Part shown: one piece after another, positions 37,626 through 47,580 of the stretch
How the letters are laid out: each line of letters begins with the position of its first letter
Numbering within the stretch: position 1 is the stretch's first letter
Assembly: GCA_028822155.1 (NCBI GenBank)
Contig: JAPKEJ010000008.1
Location: 432 to 64,431 of the forward strand
Length of the DNA stretch: 64,000 nucleotides
From: Porticoccaceae bacterium
GTDB taxonomy: Bacteria > Pseudomonadota > Gammaproteobacteria > Pseudomonadales > Porticoccaceae
Direction of reading: 5' to 3'
Notes under the pieces: generated by a model
Seen by the model: the letters and a program-made list of their open reading frames with translations, nothing else
Database searches by the model: none
What the model was told of the DNA's origin: nothing
Program-made: the position numbers and the translations under genes

Positions 37626-38765
37626 ATGGCACTGGTATTAAACGAAGAACAACAAATGCTAAAAGAGTCTGCTAAGGGTTTTTTGGCCGAACACGCCCCA
37701 GTTGCGGAACTGCGTGCGCAGCGAGATGCGGGCAGCGAGTCGGGTTATTCAAACGCTTTATGGTCCCAAATGGTCAGCATGGGTTGGGCAGCAATTTTAG
37801 TACCTGAGGAATATGGCGGTTTAGCCTTTGGCCATGTTGGCATGGCGCAAATTATTGAGGAAAGCGGGCGTACTTTAACCGCATCCCCTCTGTTATCAAC
37901 AGCGATTCTTGGTGTTACCGCGATTAATTTAGCAGGTAGCGAAGCCCAAAAGACTGAACTGCTTGGGGCGATTGCGGGTGGTGAATTAACGATAGCCTTA
38001 GCGGTTGATGAGAAAATTCACCATGACCCAATGCAGACAGCTATGTCGGCTGTAGCCAAAGGCGATGGCTATGTATTGAACGGCGAGAAACGTTTCGTCG
38101 TTGATGGCAGCACGGCCGATAAGCTGATTGTTGCCACTCGCACAGCAGGTAGTCCCGGCGATATGAAGGGTATCAGTCTGTTCTTGGTCGATCGAACTGC
38201 ATCTGGTGTAAGCGTGCAACGAACTGAAATGGTTGATGGTCGCAATGCTGCAATTATTACCTTCACGGATGTCGAAGTCACTGCAGATGCCATGCTTGGC
38301 GAGCAGGACAGAGGCTTTCGTGCATTATCAGCGACGTTAGATGCGGGTAACGCTCACCTAGCGGCTGAACTGTTGGGCATTGCTCAAGAAAGTTTTGATC
38401 GCACGCTTCAGTACATGAAAGAGCGCAAGCAATTTGGCGCATTAATTGGTTCCTTCCAAGCATTACAGCATCGGACGGCTCACTGGTGGAGTGAAGTTGA
38501 GTTGTGCAAGTCAGTGGTGTTGAAGATCATGCAATCACTTGATGAAGGTGATGTGAAGAGTCCGGCTTTAGCAAGCATAGCTAAGGCTAAACTTTGTGAA
38601 GTGGTCGAGTTGTCAACTAACGAAGCGATCCAGATACATGGTGGTATCGGCATGACTGATGAGTATGAAATTGGGTTTTTCATTAAACGTGCTCGGCCTG
38701 CTCAGATGCTCTATGGTGATTACAATTATCACGCAAATCGGTTTGCACTGATCAGTGGATATTAA
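37626..38765 (+). CDS. Acyl-CoA dehydrogenase (PimD/FadE27-like partner subunit)
   Basis: ERKQFGALIGSFQALQH, QIHGGIG. C-terminal LYGD in place of the IYEGT/GGTSE motif. Confidence 0.88.
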   Translation: MALVLNEEQQMLKESAKGFLAEHAPVAELRAQRDAGSESGYSNALWSQMVSMGWAAILVPEEYGGLAFGHVGMAQIIEESGRTLTASPLLSTAILGVTAINLAGSEAQKTELLGAIAGGELTIALAVDEKIHHDPMQTAMSAVAKGDGYVLNGEKRFVVDGSTADKLIVATRTAGSPGDMKGISLFLVDRTASGVSVQRTEMVDGRNAAIITFTDVEVTADAMLGEQDRGFRALSATLDAGNAHLAAELLGIAQESFDRTLQYMKERKQFGALIGSFQALQHRTAHWWSEVELCKSVVLKIMQSLDEGDVKSPALASIAKAKLCEVVELSTNEAIQIHGGIGMTDEYEIGFFIKRARPAQMLYGDYNYHANRFALISGY

Positions 38766-38871
38766 ATGTGATAGATTAAGGGTCACCATCAAGATAGCCC
38801 CTTTTTTGGCTTGAACGAGGGTCAATGGCCTAGCAATAAAATTAAACTTTGAAAAACATGAGGAATGAATA

Positions 38872-40089
38872 ATGGATTTAGGCATTAGTGACAAGGTCAA
38901 ACCAATACTCGAAGAGGTCAAGAATTTTATCGATGTTGAGATTCTGCCGTTGGAGCAAGAATATCACGCAGAAATCGCTAAAGGTGATCGCTGGACATTC
39001 ACAGACCGTCAAACTGAGATCCTTGAAACCCTCAAAACTAAAGCAAAAGCTAGGAATCTGTGGAATTTCTTTCTTACTCACTGGGAAGGTGGTTATGGCC
39101 TTAATACAGTGGAGTACGCTTATATTGCCGAAGAGACAGGTCGCTCTTTTTTGTCTCCCGAAGTATTCAATTGCTCCGCGCCTGATACTGGCAACATGGA
39201 AGTATTGGCGAGGTACTGCACCGAGGAGCAAAAAGAAAAGTGGTTAACCCCCTTGCTCAACGGCGAAATACGCTCTGCTTATGCAATGACAGAGCCTGGC
39301 GTTGCCTCATCTGATGCGACCAATATTGCCCTGTCCTGTGTTGAGGATGGTGATGAATGGGTTCTTAATGGCGAGAAAATCTGGATCTCAGGTGCTGGCG
39401 ATCCGCGATGTAAAATCTTGATCGTTATGTGTAACACCAACCCAGATGGGCCACGGCATTCTCAACATTCTCAGGTCTTGGTACCTTTTGATACTCCTGG
39501 CGTTAAAAACTTGCGTCCGATGACGGTAATGAATGTCGATGACGCCCCCCATGGCCATATGCACATGCGGTTTACCGATGTTCGGGTTCCTAAAGAGAAT
39601 ATGATTCTTGGCGTTGGTCGTGGATTTGAGGTTGCTCAAGGGCGCCTTGGACCTGGTCGAATCCACCATTGCATGCGCTCTATTGGGCTTGCTGAAGCGG
39701 CGCTTAAATTGTTATGCGAACGAGCGGTTAGTCGTGAAGCCTTTGGCCGTCCCCTAGCCAAACTTGGTGGTAATGTAGATATTATTGCTGATGCGCGCAT
39801 CAATATCGAGATGACTCGCTTGCTTTGCCTCAAAGCAGCATGGCTTATGGATAACATGGGTACTGATGCTGCTCAACCATTTATCTCTATGATCAAGGTT
39901 GCTGCACCTAATATGTCATTGAAAATTATTGACGAAGCTATGCAGATGCATGGTGGAATTGGTATTTCAAATGATACGCCCCTGGCCAGTTGGTATGGGG
40001 CTCAGCGGACCCTGCGTTTTGCGGATGGCCCTGATGCCGTTCATCGCATGGTGATTAGCCGTCGTGAATTACGCGCCTACAACAAGTAA
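38872..40089 (+). CDS. Acyl-CoA dehydrogenase (ACAD10/11-FadE2-like)
   Basis: NCSAPDTGNMEV, MTEPGVASSDATN, RLGPGRIHHCMR, LRFADGPD. Confidence 0.92.
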   Translation: MDLGISDKVKPILEEVKNFIDVEILPLEQEYHAEIAKGDRWTFTDRQTEILETLKTKAKARNLWNFFLTHWEGGYGLNTVEYAYIAEETGRSFLSPEVFNCSAPDTGNMEVLARYCTEEQKEKWLTPLLNGEIRSAYAMTEPGVASSDATNIALSCVEDGDEWVLNGEKIWISGAGDPRCKILIVMCNTNPDGPRHSQHSQVLVPFDTPGVKNLRPMTVMNVDDAPHGHMHMRFTDVRVPKENMILGVGRGFEVAQGRLGPGRIHHCMRSIGLAEAALKLLCERAVSREAFGRPLAKLGGNVDIIADARINIEMTRLLCLKAAWLMDNMGTDAAQPFISMIKVAAPNMSLKIIDEAMQMHGGIGISNDTPLASWYGAQRTLRFADGPDAVHRMVISRRELRAYNK

Positions 40090-40119
40090 AATAAGACATA
40101 GTTAAAAGGAAAATCACGA

Positions 40120-41034
40120 ATGACAATTAGATACGATGGGCAGGTTGCGATAGTTACCGGTGCTGGAAATGGCTTAGGGCGCTCTCACGCACTAGCATTG
40201 GCTGCTCGCGGCGCTAAAGTTGTGGTTAACGACCTTGGTGGCGCGGTAGACGGTTCGGGCAGTTCAAGTGACGCAGCTCTGGAAACAGTGCGGTTGATTG
40301 AGCAAGCGGGGGGCCAAGCGATCAGCAATGGCGCTAATGTAGCGAACTATGCTCAAGTTGAGGCTATGGTAGTCCAAGCTGTAGATACCTGGGGTCGAGT
40401 CGACATTTTAGTCAATAACGCAGGTATTTTGCGTGACAAAAGCTTTGTCAAAATGACCATGGCTGACTTTCAATTGGTGGTTGATGTCCACCTAATGGGC
40501 TCCGCTAACTGCACTAAGGCAGTGTGGGAACTTATGAGAGGACAAGCTTACGGTCGAATAGTGATGACGACGTCCTCCAGTGGTATGTATGGTAACTTCG
40601 GTCAGGCTAACTATAGCGCAGCTAAGATGGCTGTCGTTGGGTTGATGAATACGCTAGTTCTTGAAGGTGATAAATACGATATTAAAGTCAATTGCCTGTC
40701 TCCCACAGCAGGTACCCGTATGCTTGATGGTCTGCTGACCGAAGAAAGTGCGGCAATACTGACTGTGGAATCAGTGACCGCCGGCCTCTTAACGCTGTGT
40801 GATAAAGATGCTCCTAACCGCACCATATTGTGTGCCGGTGCCGGCGGATATGCTCGGACTCACATATATGAGACTGATGGTGTTTACCTTGCTCCAGAAG
40901 ATCAGACTCCAGAAAACGTGAGGGCTAATATCGATGCGATTGAAAATACAGATAACCAAAAAGTACTTATAGGCGCCTTTCAGCAGACAGATAAGTTTGT
41001 TACTAAGGCCATGGATTATATTAAAAATAAATAG
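40120..41034 (+). CDS. SDR family 3-hydroxyacyl-CoA dehydrogenase-like (MFE-2 type)
   Basis: TGAGNGLG, VVVNDLG, NNAGILRD, GNFGQANYSAAK. Confidence 0.9.
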   Translation: MTIRYDGQVAIVTGAGNGLGRSHALALAARGAKVVVNDLGGAVDGSGSSSDAALETVRLIEQAGGQAISNGANVANYAQVEAMVVQAVDTWGRVDILVNNAGILRDKSFVKMTMADFQLVVDVHLMGSANCTKAVWELMRGQAYGRIVMTTSSSGMYGNFGQANYSAAKMAVVGLMNTLVLEGDKYDIKVNCLSPTAGTRMLDGLLTEESAAILTVESVTAGLLTLCDKDAPNRTILCAGAGGYARTHIYETDGVYLAPEDQTPENVRANIDAIENTDNQKVLIGAFQQTDKFVTKAMDYIKNK

Positions 41035-41051
41035 ATTTTCAGGATACTATT

Positions 41052-42029
41052 ATGAAAGCATTAATATGTAGTGAATTCGGATCCACCCAAGACCTAAGGC
41101 TTGAGACCCGTGATGACCTCGAACCTGGTGCGGGTGAGGTACTTATCGAAGTTAAGGCGGCAGGGGTTAACTTTCCTGATATTTTGACAGTTGAGGGTAA
41201 ATACCAGTTTAAACCACCGTTGCCATTTATTCCCGGGACAGAGGTCTCTGGCGTAGTGAGTAAGTTAGGTAAAGGTGTGACTGCTCGCCAAGTGGGTGAT
41301 GAAGTGGTTGGTATGGTGCAAATTGGTGGTTTTGCTAGTCAAGTTGTGGCGTCAGAGTACACTACCTTTTTAAAGGGTAGCAGTATGTCATTCGAGCAAG
41401 CGGCAGGCTTTGCCGTCACTTACGGAACCTCATACTACGCGCTTAAACAAAAGGCACAATTGCAGCCAGGAGAGACCGTTCTTGTCCTCGGGGCGGCCGG
41501 TGGAGTTGGCATAGCGACTATTCAGATAGCTAAAGCAATGGGTGCCACGGTCATAGCAGCTGCGAGCACAGAAGAAAAACTCGATTTTGCATGTAAAGCA
41601 GGTGCCGATCTACGAATTAATTATTCGACCGATAACCTTAAGGAAAAGGTTAAAGAACTCACCAAAGGCAAGGGTGCAGATGTTATTTATGATCCTGTTG
41701 GGGGTGATTTCTCAGAGCAAGCATTCCGTGCCATTGCGTGGGATGGTCGGTTTTTAGTAATTGGTTTTGCCTCTGGCCCAATTCCTAAAATGCCACTCAA
41801 CTTGGCGTTACTAAAAGGCGCATCAATGGTAGGTGTTTTTTGGGGTGCTTGGTCAGCGCGCGACCCGAAGTCTTCTCAACAGAACTTCAAAGAACTAATT
41901 GAGATGATTGATGGAGGTAAGTTCACGCCATTAGTGACCGAAGTTTACTCATTAGATGATCATAGCTCTGCCTTTGGCTCAATAGCCGAGCGTCGGGCGA
42001 AGGGCAAAGTGATACTATCCATGGACTAG
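41052..42029 (+). CDS. NADPH:quinone oxidoreductase (MDR family)
   Basis: VNFPD, PGTE, GAAGGVG, DPVGG, GKVIL. Confidence 0.9.
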   Translation: MKALICSEFGSTQDLRLETRDDLEPGAGEVLIEVKAAGVNFPDILTVEGKYQFKPPLPFIPGTEVSGVVSKLGKGVTARQVGDEVVGMVQIGGFASQVVASEYTTFLKGSSMSFEQAAGFAVTYGTSYYALKQKAQLQPGETVLVLGAAGGVGIATIQIAKAMGATVIAAASTEEKLDFACKAGADLRINYSTDNLKEKVKELTKGKGADVIYDPVGGDFSEQAFRAIAWDGRFLVIGFASGPIPKMPLNLALLKGASMVGVFWGAWSARDPKSSQQNFKELIEMIDGGKFTPLVTEVYSLDDHSSAFGSIAERRAKGKVILSMD

Positions 42030-42051
42030 GTCCAGCTCTATACGTTAGCTC

Positions 42052-42078
42052 AAAAGGCCTGCGAAAGCGGGCTTTTTT
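42052..42078 (+). terminator. Rho-independent terminator
   Basis: AAAAGGCCTGC-GAAA-GCGGGCTTTTTT, GC-rich stem with GNRA loop and U-tract. Confidence 0.85.
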
Positions 42079-42214
42079 GTGGTCGAGCTAAGCTATATAC
42101 TCTAAATCTAACCTCATTGCTCACATGGAGTTTTGTTCTGGGGTGATGATCACTGAATTATTATTATTTGACTGCTAATATGAAGTTAAAGCGACTAAAC
42201 CACGAGGACGTTCT

Positions 42215-42532
42215 ATGATTTATTCAACGACAGAAACAATACCTGGCCGCCAAGTTGTCGAGAGTTTAGGCGTTGTCACAGGCAACGTGGTTCAGGCTAA
42301 GCATATTGGTCGTGACATTATGGCTGGACTGAAGAGTATCGTCGGTGGTGAGATACGAGGCTATACCGAAATGCTGAGCGAGGCTCGAGATATTGCTGTT
42401 GGTAGATTAGTTGAAAGTGCTGAGCAGAAGGGTGCAGATGCAGTGGTTGGCATCAGATTTAGTACCAGTGCGATTATGGACGGGTCTTGTGAGCTTATGG
42501 TTTTTGGTACGGCGGTGAAACTTAGCTTATAG
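42215..42532 (+). CDS. YbjQ/UPF0145 family protein
   Basis: LGVVTG, IVGGEIRGY, GADAVVG, GTAV. Confidence 0.9.
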   Translation: MIYSTTETIPGRQVVESLGVVTGNVVQAKHIGRDIMAGLKSIVGGEIRGYTEMLSEARDIAVGRLVESAEQKGADAVVGIRFSTSAIMDGSCELMVFGTAVKLSL

Positions 42533-42543
42533 GAAGTATAGTT

Positions 42544-43083
42544 CTAGCTAAATAGATTATCTAGGCCTATTACTAACAAGCCAAGCCCCGTTGCCCAAGT
42601 GGCGCAAGCAATAACGTCGGCTAGTGTGAATTGGATGCGGCTGGCCCCGCTGACACCAACCATCATTGGCACCACGCTTCTTACCGCGGTAAGAAGACGG
42701 CCGCCGACAATAGACAAAATACCGTACTTCAATATGAACGCTTCACCTTTCTGTATTTTGTCGATTCTTTTTTGAGCAAATGCAGTCTCATGAAGTGCCG
42801 GGCCGAACCAACGCCCAAAATAGAAACCGAGATGATCTGAGAGGCATGCACCTGCAAAAGCTAGAGGTAGAATTTCTGCTAGAGTGGCAATTTGTTCGGT
42901 GTATAAAATAGTGCTCACTGTTAACAATATTACACCGGAAACAAACAGGCCAAGTCCCGGGCAGGCCTCAAGAAAGGCCAGTACAGGAATTATTATCCAA
43001 GCATTCTGCTTGTTAGAGTTGAGCCAGGTTAATATGAAATCGTCGATGAGTGATGTCCAGTATTTGTTTGCGTAAGCCGACAA
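42544..43083 (-). CDS. DedA family membrane protein
   Basis: LAFLE..PG.G, D..GFYFGR, GR...VRS. Start uncertain. Confidence 0.85.
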   Translation of the reverse strand: MSAYANKYWTSLIDDFILTWLNSNKQNAWIIIPVLAFLEACPGLGLFVSGVILLTVSTILYTEQIATLAEILPLAFAGACLSDHLGFYFGRWFGPALHETAFAQKRIDKIQKGEAFILKYGILSIVGGRLLTAVRSVVPMMVGVSGASRIQFTLADVIACATWATGLGLLVIGLDNLFS

Positions 43084-43104
43084 TAATAGCAGAAGCTTGG
43101 GCCT

Positions 43105-43689
43105 CTAGGATGCGTAATTCTCGGGTTTGAGACCGCTCTTGGTGTCAAAAAATTGTTTTAATTCTCGCAGGTCGGCTTGGGAGTCGGAGGAGGGCTCTAT
43201 AAGCCCCTCAATGCCAACAGTGCGCGTGATGCTATCAACATATACTACAAGAATGGGAACCTCAGCCGCAGTGGCGACATGGTGAAAGCCAAGCTTCCAC
43301 CTAGGGTTGGCGCTGCGTGTCCCCTCCGGGGTGATAATTAGCACAAACTCGTCACGTTGGTGATAAAGACCGGCTATATAGTTTACTAGCGATGTGGCTT
43401 GTGTTCGATTAACTGGAATCGCACCACAGTAACGTAAGAACCAGCCTAGGGGGCCGACAAAAAGGGTACTTTTAATTAAAACGCTTGGTTGAAACCGCAG
43501 GACTGATACCGCTAACACAAACAAAAAGAAATCCCAGTTAGACGTGTGCGGAGCGACAATCAAAACATATTTTTTTTGACCTTCGGGTAACTCGCCTGTA
43601 ACACGCCAGCGGATGAGTTTTAATATGATCTTAGACAGAAAACGTAAAATCGGCGATAGAATTGGGGTTGAGAAAAGGGTGTAGCGCAT
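43105..43689 (-). CDS. 1-acyl-sn-glycerol-3-phosphate acyltransferase family (PlsC-like)
   Basis: PHTSNWD (HxxxxD) and TPEGTR. Confidence 0.9.
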   Translation of the reverse strand: MRYTLFSTPILSPILRFLSKIILKLIRWRVTGELPEGQKKYVLIVAPHTSNWDFFLFVLAVSVLRFQPSVLIKSTLFVGPLGWFLRYCGAIPVNRTQATSLVNYIAGLYHQRDEFVLIITPEGTRSANPRWKLGFHHVATAAEVPILVVYVDSITRTVGIEGLIEPSSDSQADLRELKQFFDTKSGLKPENYAS

Positions 43690-43843
43690 CTAGTTCTCCA
43701 TCAGAGCAGGAATAATATAACAAATATGGTTCCAGTTAAATCATGGCCGGCAATGATTACTTTTAATTGGGTATAAGCTGATCGATTAACTAGGGTTATA
43801 CTTGCAGCTATGGATTAATTATAAAAACAAAAGGGAGCAGGCT

Positions 43844-45256
43844 TTGAGTGAAGTATTGAAAACTGATTATTTAATCATTGGAAGCGGTGTGGTCGGTATG
43901 GCTTTTGCCGACACGCTATTAGAAGAAACAAATGCTAACATTATTATTGTGGATCGCTATGTAAAGCCTGGTGGTCACTGGAATCTTGCCTATCCCTTTG
44001 TCACTTTGCACCAGCCATCGTCTTTCTTTGGCGTTAACTCCAAAGAGCTTAGCCGCGGCACCATTGATCAAGTGGGGTTAAATAAAGGCATGGGCGATTT
44101 AGCGTCTGGGGCTGAGGTCTGCGCCTACTTTGATGACGTCATGCGTCAGCGTTTTTTGGCTAGCGGCAGAGTGCAGTATTTCCCGATGTGTGATTATCTA
44201 GGAGATAGCACTTTTACCTCCAAACTGACGGGAAAAGAATACCAGGTAGAGCACAAGAAGTTAGTGGATGCGACCTTCTTAACCATTGATGTACCATCCA
44301 CACATACACCTAATTTCAGTGTCTCACCTGAGGTTCGGTTTATGCCCCTGAACGATTTACCTAAGATCACGGCAAAACCAGCAGGTTACGTTGTTATTGG
44401 TGGAGGTAAGACTGCGATCGATGCTTGTCTTTGGTTATTAGAAACGGGCGTTGATCCAGATGACATTACCTGGATTCGTTCCCGGGATGCGTGGTTATTA
44501 GACCGCGCGAACACTCAGCCAACAGAGGCCTTCTTTACTCATTCAGTGGGTTCAATTGCCGCCCAATACGAAGCCATAGGTGGCGCTGATTCTATTGAGG
44601 ATATGTTTGATCGGCTCGAGGTCGGTGGCTATTTATTACGGTTGGATAAGAATGTCCGTCCCAGTATGTTTCATGCCGCCACTATTAGTCGTGCGGAAGT
44701 TGCTGAATTGCAGCGGATTAAAAATATAGTGCGACTGGGTCATGTAACCGGAATTGAGGAAAGTCGGATTGTTTTGGCTAAGGGTGAGATTGAAACCAGT
44801 AAAGGGCACGTACATGTTGATTGTTCGGCAAGTTTAATTCGCACAATAGGGAAAAGAGTCCCTGTGCCAGTGTTCAAGGGTAAGTGCATTACGCCGCAAA
44901 TGATAAGAGGTTATCAGCCTGCGTTTAGTGCCTCTATGGCGGCTTATGTCGAGGCCAATTACAATGAAGAAGATGAAATGAACAATCTCTGCGCGTTAGT
45001 GCCTATGCCTAATCAAGCTGAGGACTTTATTCCTATGACATTGGCTATGATGACTAATCAGTTTAACTGGTCTCAGGATAAGCCTTTGAGGCGATGGATC
45101 GGTCAAAACCGTCTGGATGGCTTCACTAAACTTATTACTAGCGTCGACCAAAATGATCATGAGAAGATAGATATTATCCGCCGTATACAGGCAAGTGCGA
45201 TGCCTGCAGTGGCGAAATTAAGGCAGTTTTCTGCTGAATTATCAGAGGGCGTTTAA
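43844..45256 (+). CDS. FAD/NAD(P)-dependent oxidoreductase (flavin monooxygenase-like fold), function unknown
   Basis: DYLIIGSG..G, PGGHWN..YPFV.LHQ, second Rossmann motif VIGGGKTA. Likely TTG start after RBS gggag. Confidence 0.8.
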   Translation: MSEVLKTDYLIIGSGVVGMAFADTLLEETNANIIIVDRYVKPGGHWNLAYPFVTLHQPSSFFGVNSKELSRGTIDQVGLNKGMGDLASGAEVCAYFDDVMRQRFLASGRVQYFPMCDYLGDSTFTSKLTGKEYQVEHKKLVDATFLTIDVPSTHTPNFSVSPEVRFMPLNDLPKITAKPAGYVVIGGGKTAIDACLWLLETGVDPDDITWIRSRDAWLLDRANTQPTEAFFTHSVGSIAAQYEAIGGADSIEDMFDRLEVGGYLLRLDKNVRPSMFHAATISRAEVAELQRIKNIVRLGHVTGIEESRIVLAKGEIETSKGHVHVDCSASLIRTIGKRVPVPVFKGKCITPQMIRGYQPAFSASMAAYVEANYNEEDEMNNLCALVPMPNQAEDFIPMTLAMMTNQFNWSQDKPLRRWIGQNRLDGFTKLITSVDQNDHEKIDIIRRIQASAMPAVAKLRQFSAELSEGV

Positions 45257-45258
45257 GG

Positions 45259-46365
45259 ATGAGTGAATTCCAAACATTTAGAAAAGATTTGACCATGACC
45301 CGACTGGTTAAAACCAGTGAGGCCGCAGCGCTAGCTAATTTGGCAGATGGCGACATTCTGGTGCGGATTGAGCGGTTTGCCTTTACCGCTAACAACATCA
45401 CCTATGGCGCGGCGGGAGATACCATTGGTTACTGGAAGTTTTTCCCAGCGGCGGATAATGATAGTGGTGATTGGGGTTGTCTGCCGGTCTGGGGCTTCGC
45501 TGATGTCATTGCTTCAAATGCAGAAGGTTTAGACGTGGGGGAGCGCCTTTATGGCTATTATCCTCCATCAGATTTTTTAGTATTGTCGCCGACACGGGTT
45601 TCTCCACAACGTTTTGTAGATGGCGCATTGCATCGTGCCGATCTTCCTGCGGTGTACAATAATTATCAACGAATATCTGCGGAAGCTGACTATGACGGTG
45701 CCTTGGATAATATTCGTTCGATTTTGTTCCCTTTACATGTCACTTCATTTTGCCTATGCGATGCGCTTCAGGATGCTGAATATCACGGTGCAAGTCAGGT
45801 TATTATCGTTAGCGCATCTAGCAAAACAGCGATTGGCTTGGCTCAGGGTTTGGCCAAAGAAGAGGGTTCGCCAAAAGTTGTCGGTTTGACTTCGAAAAGT
45901 AACCGGACCTTTGTTGAGAGCTTGGGTTGTTATGATCAGGTTACCTGCTATGACGAGCTGGCTAATCTAGATACCGCTGTAGCGAGTGTTATGGTTGATA
46001 TGGCGGGTAATCGTGCCGTTTTGGGCGCTGTGCACGGTGCATTGGGAGAGAACATGCTCAATTGCATAAGTGTCGGTATGACTCATTGGGATACTCTATC
46101 TGACAATAATCCTCTGGCAACACAAATGATCAGAGAGAGGACGTCCTTTTTCTTTGCTCCATCACACATCCAGAAGCGTATGGCTGATTGGGGTCAGGAA
46201 GGGTATAACGCACGCACTATTGCATTTATGTCGGCACGGATACAAGAAAGTTTGTCTTGGATGCAAGTCGAGGAAACGTTAGGGTTCGAGGCCTTTAACG
46301 GCATCTATGATCAGATGGTTGTTGGCAAAATAAACCCTAATAAAGGTATTATTGTTGTGCCATGA
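45259..46365 (+). CDS. DUF2855 family protein (MDR-like fold)
   Basis: FAFTANNITY, YWKFFP, PVWGFA, SASSKTA, VGMTHW, FFFAP. Confidence 0.8.
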   Translation: MSEFQTFRKDLTMTRLVKTSEAAALANLADGDILVRIERFAFTANNITYGAAGDTIGYWKFFPAADNDSGDWGCLPVWGFADVIASNAEGLDVGERLYGYYPPSDFLVLSPTRVSPQRFVDGALHRADLPAVYNNYQRISAEADYDGALDNIRSILFPLHVTSFCLCDALQDAEYHGASQVIIVSASSKTAIGLAQGLAKEEGSPKVVGLTSKSNRTFVESLGCYDQVTCYDELANLDTAVASVMVDMAGNRAVLGAVHGALGENMLNCISVGMTHWDTLSDNNPLATQMIRERTSFFFAPSHIQKRMADWGQEGYNARTIAFMSARIQESLSWMQVEETLGFEAFNGIYDQMVVGKINPNKGIIVVP

Positions 46366-46530
46366 GCACTATTCTAGAGTGCCAAGTAATCCTGCAAAAG
46401 GGTAAGAGATCTAACTTGAAAAGTTCTTTTTTTACAGGAATGTTTGGTAGTCAGTCGATGCGGGGGGGGTACCAAATGTATGTTAAACAGGGCAAACTAA
46501 GCCCTAAGATGAATGTAGAGGATTCCTAGA

Positions 46531-47097
46531 ATGGTGCGTTTGATTGTCGGTATGTCTGGATCAAGTGGTGTGATCTATGGGATAAGAATGCTTGAGATGT
46601 TGGCTAATAATCCTGAGATTGAAACTCATTTAATTATGAGCCAAGCCGCGCGCATGAATGTGGGCATCGAGACTGATTGGAAGGCGGAGGATGTTGAGGC
46701 CTTGGCCGATGTGGTCCATAACAATAAAAATATAGGAGCCAGTATTGCGAGTGGTTCGTTTAAAACCGCCGGTATGGTGGTGGTGCCATGCTCGATGAAA
46801 ACTTTGTCTGGCATTGCGAGCTCTTATGCTGACAACCTAATTATTCGAGCGGCAGATGTGGTGCTAAAAGAGCGCCGTCGGTTAGTGATTATGCCCAGAG
46901 AGTCACCCCTACACTCAGGGCATTGTGAGTTGATGTTAAAGGCCAGCCAACTTGGCGCTATTATCTGTCCGCCATCGCCGGCCTTTTACTCGATGCCTAA
47001 AACCGTAGATGATATTATTAATCATTCGGTAGCCAGAATCTTAGACCTATTTGATATTGAGACGGAAAGTCTTGAGCGCTGGCAGGGCAATGTCTAA
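46531..47097 (+). CDS. ubiX: Flavin prenyltransferase UbiX
   Basis: GMSGSSG, IASGSF, PCSMKTL, RAADV.LKERR, RESP, PAFY. Confidence 0.95.
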   Translation: MVRLIVGMSGSSGVIYGIRMLEMLANNPEIETHLIMSQAARMNVGIETDWKAEDVEALADVVHNNKNIGASIASGSFKTAGMVVVPCSMKTLSGIASSYADNLIIRAADVVLKERRRLVIMPRESPLHSGHCELMLKASQLGAIICPPSPAFYSMPKTVDDIINHSVARILDLFDIETESLERWQGNV

Positions 47098-47575
47098 AGA
47101 TTTCAGTAAGCTATACCAGTTTTTACAGGATGAATCGGTTTTAACCATTGCAACTAATGATGAGAAAGGGGCTTGGAGTGCGCCCGTACTTTATGCGGCA
47201 GATACCACCATTAGCCCATTTGCCCTATATTTTCTTTCGTCCCCTAATAGTCGTCATATTAAGAGCTTGCCTCATGATGGCGTGGTTTCAGCCTCAATCT
47301 ACTCAGATTACACTGGTAATTGGCAATCAATTTGTGGCGCGCAGATGAGTGGGGCCATTAGCGTTGTGTCTGACGAGCAAAAGCCTTATGTCGAAAACCT
47401 ATACTTTGCTCGATTTCCAGAAATTAAAGGCCTAATCGACAGCCCTCAAGGCGACCAGGAACAACGCATTGGAGCGGCTTTTGGTAAGAGTTTCTTTTAT
47501 CGCGTTGAACCGCGATTCGTTCGCTTCACGAATAATGGCGATAGCTTTGCTGGTCGCACAGAGTGGCATTTCTAA
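47090..47575 (+). CDS. Pyridoxamine 5'-phosphate oxidase-like split-barrel flavin-binding protein (YhbP-like)
   Basis: LTIAT, WSAPVLY, FLSSPNSRH, Y.ARFP, FTNN..F..R. ATG at 47090 overlaps the ubiX stop. Confidence 0.7.
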   Translation: MSKDFSKLYQFLQDESVLTIATNDEKGAWSAPVLYAADTTISPFALYFLSSPNSRHIKSLPHDGVVSASIYSDYTGNWQSICGAQMSGAISVVSDEQKPYVENLYFARFPEIKGLIDSPQGDQEQRIGAAFGKSFFYRVEPRFVRFTNNGDSFAGRTEWHF

Positions 47576-47580
47576 TAACT

